Below, in pieces: positions 37,735 through 50,250 of a DNA stretch of 64,000 bases (within the stretch, counting starts at the first letter, position 1; every line of letters starts with the position of its first letter). Below the pieces are notes generated by a model. It did not search any database, had not been told where the DNA came from, and saw nothing but the letters and a program-made list of their open reading frames with translations. Source of the stretch: Pristiophorus japonicus. Taxonomy: Eukaryota. Location: contig NC_091984.1 of assembly GCF_044704955.1 (NCBI RefSeq), forward strand, positions 27,280,001 to 27,344,000, given 5' to 3'. The position numbers and the translations under genes are program-made.

Positions 37735-38585
37735 GAACCTATGCAAGGGGTTGAAACTCTGATGCCCGCTAATGTGGGCTCGTAAATATTAATTTGGAAG
37801 GTCTCCCCTGAAGACATTTCAGTCATCGCCATCTGCAGCCAGTCTGGATCATCCTCATTTGGTTCTTCTGGTTCTTGTTCTGGATCTTCAGGGTTGGCAT
37901 CGTCATCATCATCGTCTGCAAAATATATCAGAACAAGCAAATGTTTATCAGCAGAGGAGGGAGCAGGATGGGTGGCATGAGTACTCTCACACATAGCAGG
38001 CCAGGCAGCAGGTTGATTTAAAGGGCCACGATGCATTTTCAGGACTTGCCCTCTTCCTCGCGTGCGGGCCCAGCTTGTGCTGTACCAATTGCTTTTCTCC
38101 ATGTACGACTCATCATAGCAGCTACCCTCTGTTCCAAGGGTGTTAGTGGATGCAGATCTGGTGGGCCTCCTCCTGTCCGAGTTCTTTCCCTTTTGTTGTG
38201 GGCCAATTTCTTCTGCAAAGATTAAAATATAACTTTTTACAGAGTGCGTCTTTCTGCAGGGTGGGACATATACAGATAGTCACTTTTACAATTATGATTC
38301 CATTTAAAAAAAAATGAAAATATTACTTACACTAACTACTTGACCAAGGTTGTGCCATTTCTTTTTACACTGGTTTCCAGATCTAATGGTATGCACCACT
38401 GCGCAGTAATCTTCTGCGACTTGGTTCCAGCGTTTCTTCATTTCTTTGGGTGGCACTTTTACGCGACCTCTGTTGCTGGTATCCAGCTCCTGCCATCTCT
38501 GCTCAATTACGTTAACTAATGTTTCCACTTCCTCATGCAAGAAATTCTTTGTTCTTGGTGTTCCATTGCTGTATTCAATTGACAC
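37735..38585 (-). CDS. Harbinger Myb/SANT-like DNA-binding protein, 3 exons (38585-38331, 38212-38050, 37915-about 37735), truncated
   Basis: [14 protein letters not shown]...WNQVA...[13 protein letters not shown]; exon 2 [18 protein letters not shown]; acidic exon 3; splice sites gtaagt/ttgcag and gcaagt/ttgcag with compatible phases. Confidence 0.8.
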
Positions 38586-41039
38586 TCTGATTTTTCAAAA
38601 CACACAGTCCTTATTTTGTATGCACCTATGCAGCACCTGTTCTGGAAGTTTAGCAGCAAAAAGCAGCACTCACTGATTTCAGCAGGTGATCTCTTTAACA
38701 GTGCTGCTAAAAGCACTCCAGGCACAAAAAATCACCAAAAGTTCACTCACAGGCCTTTCCACAGCTCCACAAAACAAATCAGCACTTTTCCTCATTTACT
38801 TTTAAAAATGCTCGAGTGCCAATGTTTGTGTCTCACTGCGCACGCTCCAGCGCGCGTGCGCATGGCTGCCGGCACGATGTCGTCTGCTCGGATGTAGCCC
38901 CGCCCCCCTGCAGTCTCAGAATCGGCGCCACACTTTGGCCCCGCCCCCCCGCAGATCTCTCCACGCCGCACCGAGCTGGAAGCAAGCTACTGCGAACCGG
39001 AGAGTTGCTCCGTAAGTTTTTGACCCGCTTTTGAGCGCGGAAAACAGGCGTGGATCTCTGGGCTGCACATTTTACACATTCAATTTGAGCCAGTGTAAGT
39101 GAGTTAGTTAGGATTTTTTAGTTTAGTTTAGTTTTTTTTCCCCAAAGGAGGCGTTACCAGCCATCTATGCCCATTTTGGCCATTTAGGCAACTTTGAACA
39201 GCTAATAGTTACTCCAAACTAACAGGCCAGTGTATGTGGTCACTTGAGGCTGCACAGAAAAAAACTTGCGGAGAGTTAAGAAATCAGCGCAGGTAGGTAC
39301 TAATGACTTGACTAAAGAATGTGAATAGGATCAAACAGCTATACAGGACATCATATGACAAACTTCGCAAAGTTAATTTACTATACAACAGAGGCATTCA
39401 TGGAAGCTTAAACTACAAAAATAAAAGAAGTAAAGAGACAAACATATTTACATAATTTTTTTCAAAATATCCAAATAAAAAATAGAAGTACCTCCTGCTT
39501 ATAATTCTTATGTTCTTATGAAGGAAAGTATTTTCATCAACAGGATCAAGGAAAATCTTGAGTAAGCTCATTAAAATTACTGGCGGCACTGTTATCCACC
39601 CCCCCCCCACCTCCCTGAATCAAAACTCACTCCCCCCCCCCCCAATCAAAACTCCCCGCACCAACCTGTTTGTTGTAGCCTTAGCCTGGGAAGACAGCGG
39701 GCCGGCCTATGTGGCAGACCACTCGGCCCGGGATAGGGGCAGGACACATTGGGTCCCACGCTGCGGCACGTATCATCATCATCATCAGGAGCTACTGCAC
39801 ATGCACAAACGCTCCAGTGCGCATGCAGAGAGCTGCCAGCACTGTTTTTCACGCAGGGCCCTAGCTCCTCCCCCTAATCGACAGACCACGCCGCGCCAAG
39901 CCATGGGAGAGACCACAGAGCGGCCAGAATCCGGAGACATCTTTTTGGCGTCGTTTTCAGCCCACAAAGTAGGCACATCTCTGGTGAGTGCGCCGAAAAA
40001 ACAGGTGTAACAATTTTGAGCCCATAGTGATCCCATGGGTCAAAATGGAAACCTGGTTTCTGGATATATTACAAGCCCTCATGAAGGGAGAAAATTGCAG
40101 GGTTATGGGGAAAGAGGAGGGGTGTGGAATTAATTGGATAGCTCTTTCAAAGATGGGCCAAATGGCCTCCATGTGCTGTAAGATTCTGTGATATCCCTAG
40201 ACTGTTGGAATGGGTAGAATGAACAATCAGTCAGTTGCTTAGGCTATGAACTACAGAACATATTTATTGAAAATAACAGATGAGCAGCAGCTGAGACCAT
40301 ACAGCAATTTGCACTGTTTTATCAGAACTTTTAATTTTCCCTCCCTGCTTGAATATAAAATAACAATCTGTAATACTGTGCTAGAGCTACTAATGTTTAA
40401 TGTGAATCTGTGCCCAATGCATAACTTTTGTATATGGAATTTCATGATACACATGGTCTCTCTCACCCACTATATCAATGCCCGCAATACGTGAAGCAGG
40501 AGTATCCTCCCTGGGATGCACCTTTTTGAAAAAATACCAGAAATTAAATAAATCCAAATATGCATCAAATACATTTGCATCAAGCTTTCAAACATCCACA
40601 AGAATTAAAACACTAAGGACATTTGCTGCCTTGTGTGTGCACCTCCTCGTGAGTAGGCAGATTCAAATGGAGTAGCTTGTCTTCCCAGGATCAAACTAAA
40701 TTAGAATTCTGGATGCACTGACAGACTTTCACTCTTCTTCAGAACAATTATTTTAGCCGACTACTTTCACAACAAATCCAGCAGCTTATCATTTGATATC
40801 CACCTAAATGACTTGGCCATTAAAATACATTAAAGACATCTATTTCATTACGTATTTACATGTTACTACTGTTATTGGAATACAGTTTCTAGCCCCACAC
40901 TAAGAAAGTGAATTTTTCTTCCACTGTATCCATTTGTTTCCACCAACAACATTTAAAGTGACTGCCTATATCTTACTCCTTATGTTCTTTTAAAGGAGAA
41001 AGTAGCAACCTGTAAGAAAATTGTCGTGTGAATAAACTA

Positions 41040-42630
41040 CACATTAACTAGAGAAAGAATGGGGCCTATTCGAGACCATAAAGGAAATCTGTGTGTGTAG
41101 CCGGAAGACATGAGTAGGATTCTTAATGAATACTTTGCATTTGTTTTCACAAAACAGAAGGCGATGCAGACTTTGCAATGAGGGAGGAGCAGTGTAAAAT
41201 ATTAGACGCGATAAACAGAGTGAGAGAGGAAGTATTAAGGGGCTTAGCAGCTTTGAAAGTGGATAAATCCCCAGGCCTGGATGAAATGTATCTCAGGCTG
41301 TTAAGAGAAGCAAAAGAGGAAATAGCAGAGGCTCTGACCATCAAGGACTGGAGGACTGCTAATGTTGTAGCTTTGTTCAAAAAGGGAGAAAGGGCTAGAC
41401 TGAGAAATTACAGGCCAGTCAGCCTAACCTTGGTGGTGGGAAAATTATTGGGAAAAAATCCTGAGGGACAGGATAAGTCTTCATTTGGAAAGATATGAAT
41501 TTATCAAGGACAGTCAGCATGGATTTGTCAAGGGAAGGTCGTGTCTGACTAACTAGATTGATTTTTTTCGAGGCGGTAACCAGGAGAGTCAGTGAGGGCA
41601 GTTCGTATGATGTAGTGTATATGGATTTTAGCAAAGCTTTTGCTAAGGTCCCACATAGAAGGCTGGTCAGGAAAGTAATAACCCATGAGATCCAGGGCAA
41701 AATGGCAAGTTGGATCCAAAATTGGCTCTGAGGCAGGAAGCAAAGAGTAATGGTTGATGGGAGTTTTTAATGACTGGAAGGCTGTACCCAGTGGGGTTCT
41801 GCAGGGCTCAGTGCTGGGTCCCTTGTTTTTTGTGGTATATATCAATGACTTGGACTTGAATGTTGGGGGTATGATTAAGAAGTTTGCAGATGATACTAAA
41901 ATAGGCTGTGTGGTTGATAACGAAGAAGAAAGCTTGCAGTGCAGGTCCGCAGTTCCCAGAAGGTAGCAGCCCTGGTAGATAAGGTGGTTAAGTAGGCCTA
42001 TGGAACACTTTCTTTTATTAGTCAAGGCATGGAATACAAGAGCAAGGAGGTTATGCTTGAACTGTATAAAACACTAGTTAGGCCGCAGCTGGAGTACTGT
42101 TTGCAGTTCTGCTCACCACATTACAGGAAATATGTGATTGCTCTGGAAAGGGTGCAGAGGAGATTTATAAGAATGTTGCCTGGTCTGGAGAATTTTGGCT
42201 ATGTGGAAAGATTGGTGATGCTTTCTTTGGAACTCAAGAGGCTAAGGGGAGACCTGATTGAGGTGTATAAAATTATGAGGAGCCTGGATAGAGTGGATAG
42301 GAAGGAGCTGTTTCCCTTGGCAGAGGGGTCAACAACTAGGGGGCATAGATTTAAAGTAATTGGGGGAAGGTTTAGAGGCGATATGAGGGGAAATTTCCAC
42401 CCAGAGGGTGATGGGGGTCTGGAACTCACTGCCTGAAAGGGTGGTAGAGGCAGGAACCCTCACCACATTTAAAAGATACTTGGATGTGCACTTAAAGTGC
42501 CGTAAGCTACAGGGCTATGGACTAAGAGCTGGAAAGTGGGATTCGACTGGATAGCTCTTGGTCGGCCAGTGCGGACATGATGGGCCGAAATGGCCTCCTT
42601 TCATGCTATAAATTTCTATGATTCTATGAT
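41040..42630 (+). mobile_element. 5'-truncated decayed CR1 LINE
   Basis: KSPGLDEMY, QGSVLGPLFF, KFADDTKI and LVRPQLEYC motifs; (attctatg)n tail. Confidence 0.9.
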
Positions 42631-43025
42631 TAAGGTTTCTGTGATGAAACTGATATTTTTTTCTGTTTCAGATTATAGAATTACAACATTATAGGGATAA
42701 TTGATTGATTGTATTCCCGAGCCAGCAACTTCACCCATTGTGCATGCATGTTGGAAATTCAGGAATATACAGTTTTCTGACCATCTAAGGTTCATAAAAT
42801 TGGGTGCATGTTAGGCCTTGCCAAAAATGGCACATTGGTTCAAAAGGATTACAGGAATGTTCTGTTTTTATGCATGAGGAATGGGTGCTTCAGTGAAAGG
42901 CCGAAGAATTTAAATTAATTAAGTCTGTTTTCTGGATAGTTGATCTACCTATTGTATTCATATCGAATAATAAACATTGATTATTTCAGGATACTTTAAT
43001 ATAGCCATACCCATCTGTTTGACAG

Positions 43026-43136
43026 CTAAGAAAAACAAAGTCGCAGCTTTCCGCCGTGGAGAAACAGTTGGCGGAGAAAACCATTGCTTACTCAGCCAAC
43101 GCAGTAAAAGCAATTGAACACGAACAAGAACTTACG
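43026..43136 (+). CDS. CCDC18: CCDC18 internal coding exon H
   Basis: gacag|CTA...ACG|gtaaaa; encodes LRKTKSQLSAVEKQLAEKTIAYSANAVKAIEHEQELT (recalled human SQLLTLEKQLEEKIVAYSS); phase 0-0. Confidence 0.9.
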
Positions 43137-43751
43137 GTAAAATTGGGATAACGATTAAATGACAAATAATGAGCAATATTGACTTGGATTTTTAAATACT
43201 TTTTGAGCAACAGAGTGAATTGCAGTGACTAATTCCTATGTAAGATGTTACAACTTTTTAAACTTCTGAAAAATTCCTGTTAAGTCTTATTGTCATTTGT
43301 AAAATGGCAATATTATGGCCATAATGCAAAAATCCATATCTACTGAAAATTAGTTTTTTTTAAACAAGTCTGGACATTTTTGAATATTTATTATGTTTTG
43401 CTATAATCCCAAAAATATATTTTGAGTAATTCCAACATTTAAGCATTGAACTGAATTCCCTTAACATTTTGCTTTTGTGACTTGGAATCACTGCTTTCAT
43501 TGTAGAACTTGGAAATCCAAAATTTAGTAGATCTGTAAACCAAATGAGTAAGGGTGAACTGTTTTAATTTCTGAAAAATGTTTAAAACATGTTTTGAAAC
43601 TTTGAAATATACTTTGCATTTTATTGTAAAATTTCAACTGTACATTTCCTTTTTAGAATTTTTTGTAAAGGAAGTACTTCACCTTTAAAACAAAAAGGAA
43701 AATGAGAATCCTAAAACTTCTTGTATGGGGAGGGGGGGCGGGGGGAGGCGA

Positions 43752-44200
43752 GTGTGATGGAATACTCTCCACTTTCCTGGATGGGTACATCTGGAACAAC
43801 ACAAGAAACTGGATACCATCCAGGACAAAGCAGTTCGCTTGACCATTAGCCTAAACATCACCCCCTCTGCCGTGGCTACGCAGGATACACTGCATCAACT
43901 CACCAAGTCTTCTTCGCCAGTACTTCCCAAACCTATGATCTCCATCAACTAGAAGGACAAGGGCAACTGGTGCATGAGAACACCATCACCTCCAAATTCA
44001 AGTTACACTCTATCCTGACTTGTATATATCGTTGATCCTTCATTGTCCCTGGGTCAATATCCTCGAACATACTTAACAGCATTGTGGGAGCACCTTCATC
44101 ATAATTCAAGAAGGCGGCCCACCACCACCTTGGGCCAATTCTGGACAGGCAATTAAATGCTGGCCTTGTCAACTATGCCCACATCCCAAGAATACATTTT
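43752..44200 (+). mobile_element. Divergent CR1-group LINE 3' fragment
   Basis: gtgatggaatactctccac...accatccaggacaaagcag...gcccacatccca, as in 23360-23990. Confidence 0.7.
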
Positions 44201-44549
44201 AATAAAGCTTTGGCTAAAAACTGAAACCAAGCGCATTTTTTTAAGTACTAAATGCAGAACAATATAATACCCAAACATGCTGAAATTCCTTTACTGTTTT
44301 AAAGAACCTAGAAATGCTTATCTGAGAAGGATTATTCTTGGTCATTTAAGTAAACACACAGTTCCTGATTGGAAAAATCGGTGTCCTTCTCTTTTCCTCT
44401 TCCCTCCAATAGCATGACTTGTATGTGAAACATTCAAAGAATAATGTTATGTTTTTGTATAGAAAATTACATATAGATGTGCTGGAAGATATGTTCAATA
44501 TTATCCACAACAGTTTAATTTTTACTGCTGCATCTCTTCAAAATGTTAG

Positions 44550-44681
44550 GAAAAGAATAAAGAAATTAGTAAATTGGAAAAGTTCATTGAGGAGCAACAT
44601 CAAGAAAATATTGTAGCACGTGAACATATCAAGAAAATTCAAACTGAGCAGTGCCATGAACTGGAGAAACAGATTGAAATT
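44550..44681 (+). CDS. CCDC18: CCDC18 internal coding exon I
   Basis: gttag|GAA...ATT|gtaaga; encodes EKNKEISKLEKFIEEQHQENIVAREHIKKIQTEQCHELEKQIEI; phase 0-0. Confidence 0.9.
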
Positions 44682-45227
44682 GTAAGATTATGTTCTGATG
44701 CTAATTATTTCAAGATATACTGTAGACTATTATTGGTGGTATGATCAAGCAGCTTAGGATTCTGAAGCTTTATGGTCTTGATATTTGTGAATTTTAAAAA
44801 TAAATAAGTGTTACTTTTTTAAAATTGGGAACTTTGGGCTGCACTCATTGATGGAAATGTTGCTCTTAAAATGTCCACTAGGAGTTGCATGAGAACAATG
44901 ATGTAATTTTTTTTAATAACTACAGGCCATGATTTTTCTGGGGTTTTTTTCGTTTCAAAGGAGCTGATGTGGCTGATAATCAGTTGCAGTTTTTATCTGT
45001 ACATTTTTTCTTCTTAAATAGTTACTCTTATGTAAATCTGATTGCAACAATTATCATAAAAACTATTGCAATGCAAAAAAATTGTGGAACAGGAGAAAAA
45101 TTACATAAAAATTTACAGTACTTGAGTTTTATTAAAACATTAGCAAATTTAGTTAAACAGAAGAGAAATGTTAGTTTCTTCTACATTAGAAAAACTCAAT
45201 CTTTGAAGCTGCAGTTACATAACATAA

Positions 45228-45615
45228 GAACATAAGAATTAGGATCAGGAGTAGGCCATCTAGCCCCTCGAGCCTGCTCCGCCATTCCAACAAGATCATG
45301 GCTGATCTGGTTGTGGACTCAGCTCCACTTACCCGCCCGCTCCCCATAACCCTTAATTCCCTTATTGGTTAAAAATCTATCTATCTGTGACTTGAATACA
45401 TTCAATGAGCTAGCCTCAACTGCTTCCTTGGACAGAGAATTCCACAGATTCACAACCCTCTGGGAGAAGAAATTCCCTCTCAACTCGGTTTTAAATTGGC
45501 TCCCCCGTATTTAAAGGCTGTGCCCCCTAGTTCTAGTCTCCCCGACCAGTGGAAACAACCTCTCTGCCTCTATCTTGTCTATCCCTTTCATTATCTTAAA
45601 TGTTTCTATAAGATC
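45228..45615 (-). mobile_element. CR1 3' end
   Basis: acataagaacataagaa tail; largely the reverse complement of 21319-21596. Confidence 0.85.
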
Positions 45616-45619
45616 TGTT

Positions 45620-47385
45620 ATTGGAAGAAGTTCTGTGAATTGCTGGTAATTGAGTCAGCAGTTGTCTGTCACCATCGTTTCATCAATAGATTCTCTAGTA
45701 CTTTCAGCTTGGCTTCTTTTAGGAGACAAGGATTCTGCTTTGCAAAACCACTGCAGACAAGTGCTGTGCATGCATGCATAATCTACTAATAATCCCATAA
45801 TTGCCCATCTAATGTGGCTTGTGCAAGTAAATACATGTTCATTTTGCTTATCCATTTTCCCAAAAATGCTTTAGAGTGCTTTTGAAAGTGTTATTGACAG
45901 AAGTGTGTATCGGCTGAAATTTCTTCGTGATTCCAATTTGTAGTTTCCAATTTGTAGGCCGATACAGCATCCATGATGAGCGAAGGGATATTGAATTATA
46001 AAAAATGTTCCTCAAAATCACCACTGGCTTTAATTTTACTTTGTTGCTAGGAAAACAAGTTTTTACGTGGCCATCATAGTGGTTCCAATTCATTTAATTA
46101 CTGTGCAGACAACCATGCAGTTTGGCAGGATATCAAATGTCCATTTGTCCATGTTCCCTATCAGCATTGCAGTGATAATACTATGATCTGTGCAAATATC
46201 ACTGATGTAAACATGGAAATCGTAGACCTTTTGCTGCTTATAGAGTACTGTTGACCTGCAGGGTCCAATGTCTGACAGAGCTGTTTTTCTCATGAACTTG
46301 TAGGCCTGAAAATTGCGGTCGGAGGCTTCCTGTGGGCTGACGCCTCCGACAATTTTTTTTCCCCTGAATGTACCTGGTTGGTCCCGGAGGAATGTATACA
46401 TACGGTCCGAGGCCTAGATGCGCAGCCCAGCGTATGGGCACACGCATCACAGGAACATAAGCGTAACCTGGGATCACGTGGGCCTGGACCACCAATGAAC
46501 ATGGAGTATTTTCAATGATAATAAAGGGAGCTCCGTTTGTACGAGCTCCCATTACTATCAATGAGAATACCCCCCAAAACACAGAAATAAATAAATAAAT
46601 ACAATACATTTTTAAAAATCTCATATTTAAAATGAATTGAAATTTAATTTAATTAAATGTTTCAGAATTTAAATTAAAAAAATGTTTTTTAATAGGGTTA
46701 AAAATAAACTTACATAAATGGACAGGGTTTTTAACACACAAATTAATGATTAAAATTCAATTTTTCTATGTTTTAAAACTCTTACGCTGGTAAAAATAGG
46801 CTATATGCCTGCTTTTACCAGGCATAAGTTGGAAGGACATTCGCTGGCAGAAGTTGGGAAAATAGTCCAAATCTCTGCCTGTGTATGTTCTTCTCCCGGG
46901 GATGCGTGCGAAAGAGATTTTGACATTGCAAATGCTGGTTCTCGGCGCGCAATGTGCATGCGCTGAGAACCAGTATTTGTGAGGCCTCTTCGGGTGCGTG
47001 CGCACGTCGTACACGCCAGGAGAGACCGCAATTTACAGCCGCATGTGTCAAATAGGACCACCATTGAAAGTGTCATAGTTCAACTCTTGTGCTATAGCTG
47101 TTGCCTTTATATATACTGTGGAAACAGAAAAGTCATTTTCACATCCTGCCAAAACCCAAGCGTCAGGTTCTTTTTCTAGTCTTCGATACTTGCAATGATC
47201 AGTTCAGTTATCTTTCTTCCTTTTAGGCTTTATCTTTAGGTTTTATCTTGTACTTTTATTTTGGCAAAGTTCTCATCTCGTTGAAATGACCTGCCATTCT
47301 ATTCCCATTTCCTCAGCAGCACAAAAACTTTTAAGTTTGAACTCAGCAGTGTAACTCTGACATCTTTCTTTTGTGAATCCATTAA
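45620..47385 (-). pseudogene. Fossil pogo-family transposase (Brinker-type DBD, CENPB HTH, DDE_1)
   Basis: Frameshifted fragments in order: RCQSYTAEFKLK, LEKEPDAWVL...VSTVYIKATAIAQEL...FNGG, YKFMRKTALS, IGNMDK...FD, KLKPVVI, GITKKFQP...SVNNTFKSTLKHFWE. Confidence 0.7.
46302..47041. mobile_element. Harbinger-like MITE inserted in the pogo fossil
   Basis: Ends ggcctgaaaattgcggtc / gaccgcaatttacagcc; AT-rich core with CpG-rich arms. Confidence 0.7.
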
Positions 47386-47444
47386 ACTGTAATTTATTGA
47401 TTCTTTTCTGCAATTTACTGTTTTTTCTGTGAGATAACAGGTGT

Positions 47445-49499
47445 AGGACGGTTGATGAACAGTGGTGTACATTTAAGGAGATATTTCACAACTCTCAAGA
47501 AAAATATATTCCAGTGAGGAGGAAAGGGTGTAAGAGAAAAGATAGCCATCCGTGGCTAACTAAAGAAATAAAGGACGGTATACAATTAAAAACAAGGGCA
47601 TACAAAGTGGCCAAAACTAGTGGGAGGACAGAAGACTGGGAAGCTTTTAAAAGCCAGCAAAGAATTACTAAAAAAATGATTAGAAAAGGGAAGATAGACT
47701 ATGAAAGTAAACTAGCACAAAATGTAAAAATAGATAGCAAGAGTTTCTATAGGTATATAAAAAGGAAAAGATTGGCTAAAGTAAATGTTGGTCCCTTAGA
47801 GGACGAGACTGGGGAATTAGTAATGGGGAACATGGAGATGGCAGAAACTCTGAACAAATATTTTGTATCAATCTTTACAGTAGAGGACACTAACAATATT
47901 CTAAAAGTCAAGGAGCTATAGCGGAGAAGGAACTTAACACAATCACAATCACTAAGGAGGTGGTACTCAGTAAGATAATGGGACTAAATGCAGGTAAATC
48001 CCCTGGTGGCTTGCATCCTAGGGTCTTAAGAGAAGTAGCGGCAGGGATTGTAGATGCATTGGTTCTAATTTACCAAAATTCCCTGGATTCTGGGGAGGTC
48101 CCAGCAGATTGGAAAACTGCAAATGTGACGCCCCTATTTAAAAAAGGAGGCAGACAAAAAGCAGGAAACTATAGACTAGTTAGCCTGACATCTGTGGTTG
48201 GGAAAATGTTGGAGTCCATTATTAAAGAAGCAGTAGCAGGACATTTGGAAAAGCAAAATTCAGTCAGGCAGAGTCAGCATGGATTTATGAAGGGGAAGTC
48301 ATGTTTGGCAAATTTGCTGGAATTCTTTGAGGATGTAACGGACAGGGTGGATAAGGGGATACAGTGGATGTGGTGTATTTGGACATCCAGAAGGCATTTG
48401 ACAAGGTGCCATGTAAAAGATTACTGCACAAGATAAAAGTTCACGGCGTTGGGAGGCAATATATTGGCATGGATAGAGGATTGGTTAACTAATAGAAAAC
48501 AGAAAGTCGGGATAAATGGTTCATTCTCTGGCTGGCAATCAGTAACTAATGGGGTGCCGCAAGGATCAGTGCTGGGACCCCAACTATTTACAATCTATAT
48601 TAATGACTTGGAAGAAGGGACTGAGTGTAACGTAGCCAAGTTTGCTGACAATACAAAAATGGGAGGAAAAGCAATGTGTGAGGAGGACACAAAAAAGACA
48701 GGCTACGTGAGTGAGCAAAAATTTGGCAGATGGAGTATAATGTTGGAAAGTGTGAGGTCATGCACTTTGGCAGAAAAAAAATCAAAGAGCAAGTTATCAT
48801 TTAAATGGAGAAAGATTGCAAAGTGGGACCTGGGGGTACGTGTGTATGAAACACAAAAGGATAGTATGCAGGTACAGCAAGTGATCAGGAAGGCCAATGG
48901 AATCTAAAAGCAGGGTATTGGTGAGGCCATCCTTGAATACTGCGTGCAGTTTTGATTTCCATATTTACGAAAGGATTATACTTGCTTTGGATGCAGTTCA
49001 GAGAAGGTTCACTCGGTTGATTCCGGAGATGAGGGGGTTGACTTATGAGGAAAGGTTGAGTAGGTTGGGCCTCTACTCATTGGAATTCAGAAGAATGAGA
49101 GGTGATCTTATCGAAACCTATAAGATTATGAGGGGGCTTGACAAGGTGGATGCAGAGAGGATGTTTCCACTGATGGGGGAGACTAGAACTAGAGGGCATG
49201 ATCTTAGAATAAGGGGCCGCCCATTTAAAACTGAGATGAGGAGAAATTTCTTCTCTGAGGGTTGTAAATCTGTGGAATTCGTGGAATGCCTCAGAGAGCT
49301 GTGAAAGCTGGGATATTGAATAAATTTAAGACAGAAATAGGCAATTTCTTAAACGATAAAGGGATAAGGGGGTTATGGGAAGCGGGCGGAGAAGTGGAGC
49401 TGAGTCCATGATCAGATCAGCCATGATCTTATTGAATGGTGGAGCAGGCTCGAGGGGCCGTATGGCCTACTCCTCCTGTTCTATTCTTAAGTTCTTATG
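47445..49499 (+). mobile_element. 5'-truncated CR1 LINE
   Basis: Consecutive ORF2 fragments 47514-49304; ttcttatg tail. Confidence 0.92.
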
Positions 49500-50124
49500 T
49501 ATAGGTTAACTTTCTTATTGAAATTAAATTAATGAACATGTGCAGCCTGTGGCCATAAAATATGGTTGCTGATTTTTATATTTCTTTTACAATTAGTTTT
49601 TTAATCAATCCAATGGAATGCATTCCACAGCTTGCTCTGCCTTGCATTTGTACATCAACAAAGAAGTTGTGCATGTTCATACTTTGCTCCCTTGCAGGTT
49701 AACAATCTCTTGTAAAATTGTTGAATTTAAATTCAGAAAATGGACCACCGCAGAACCTTTTACACTGGACTAGTCATTCTGCAGCTGGCATGAAGCCCAA
49801 GCATTACTTTATCCTCTTCCTCCTTGTCCTCTTCGATTCTCCATCCTCCTCAAACATCTTTTCTCTGTAGTCCACCTATGTTGTGGATCTCTCATATTGT
49901 TCCATTCCTACCTGTTGCACCAAAGATATTACATCACCTCAAACAGCTTGTAAATGATTTGAACTTTTTCAGTAATAAACATTCTTAAGCGATGCAAACC
50001 TATCAGCCTTCCTCTGAACCTTTTTGCATGATCTTGATATTCTATTCTAAGATACATAATGCAGCACTCTTAGTTAGTAACAGTTTCTTTAAATTGAAAG
50101 GTGGTTTTAAGATTCATTTTGATA

Positions 50125-50245
50125 TTGTTGCATTTCCTATATTACAACAGTGACTACACCTCAAAAGTACCTCATTGGCTGTAAACACTTTGGGATGGCA
50201 TGAGGTCATGAGATGTACTATATAAATGCAAATCTTTCTTTTTTG
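50125..50245 (+). mobile_element. 3' end of a Deu-type SINE abutting exon J
   Basis: attacaacagtgactacac...caaaagtac...ttggctgtaa...ctatataaatgcaaatctttc matches 25200-25285 and 8920-9020. Confidence 0.75.
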
Positions 50246-50250
50246 TTAAG

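Larger units (their letters stand above)
36107..40023. mobile_element. PIF/Harbinger transposon, internally deleted and probably composite
   Basis: Termini gggctcaa / ttgagccc enclose convergent transposase and Myb/SANT genes; no exact 3-bp TSD seen. Confidence 0.8.

Noticed and set aside
37716-38102. Independent 128-aa acidic protein
   Set aside because: Its acidic part is exon 3 of the Harbinger Myb gene; the N-terminal part is intron and off-frame exon 2.
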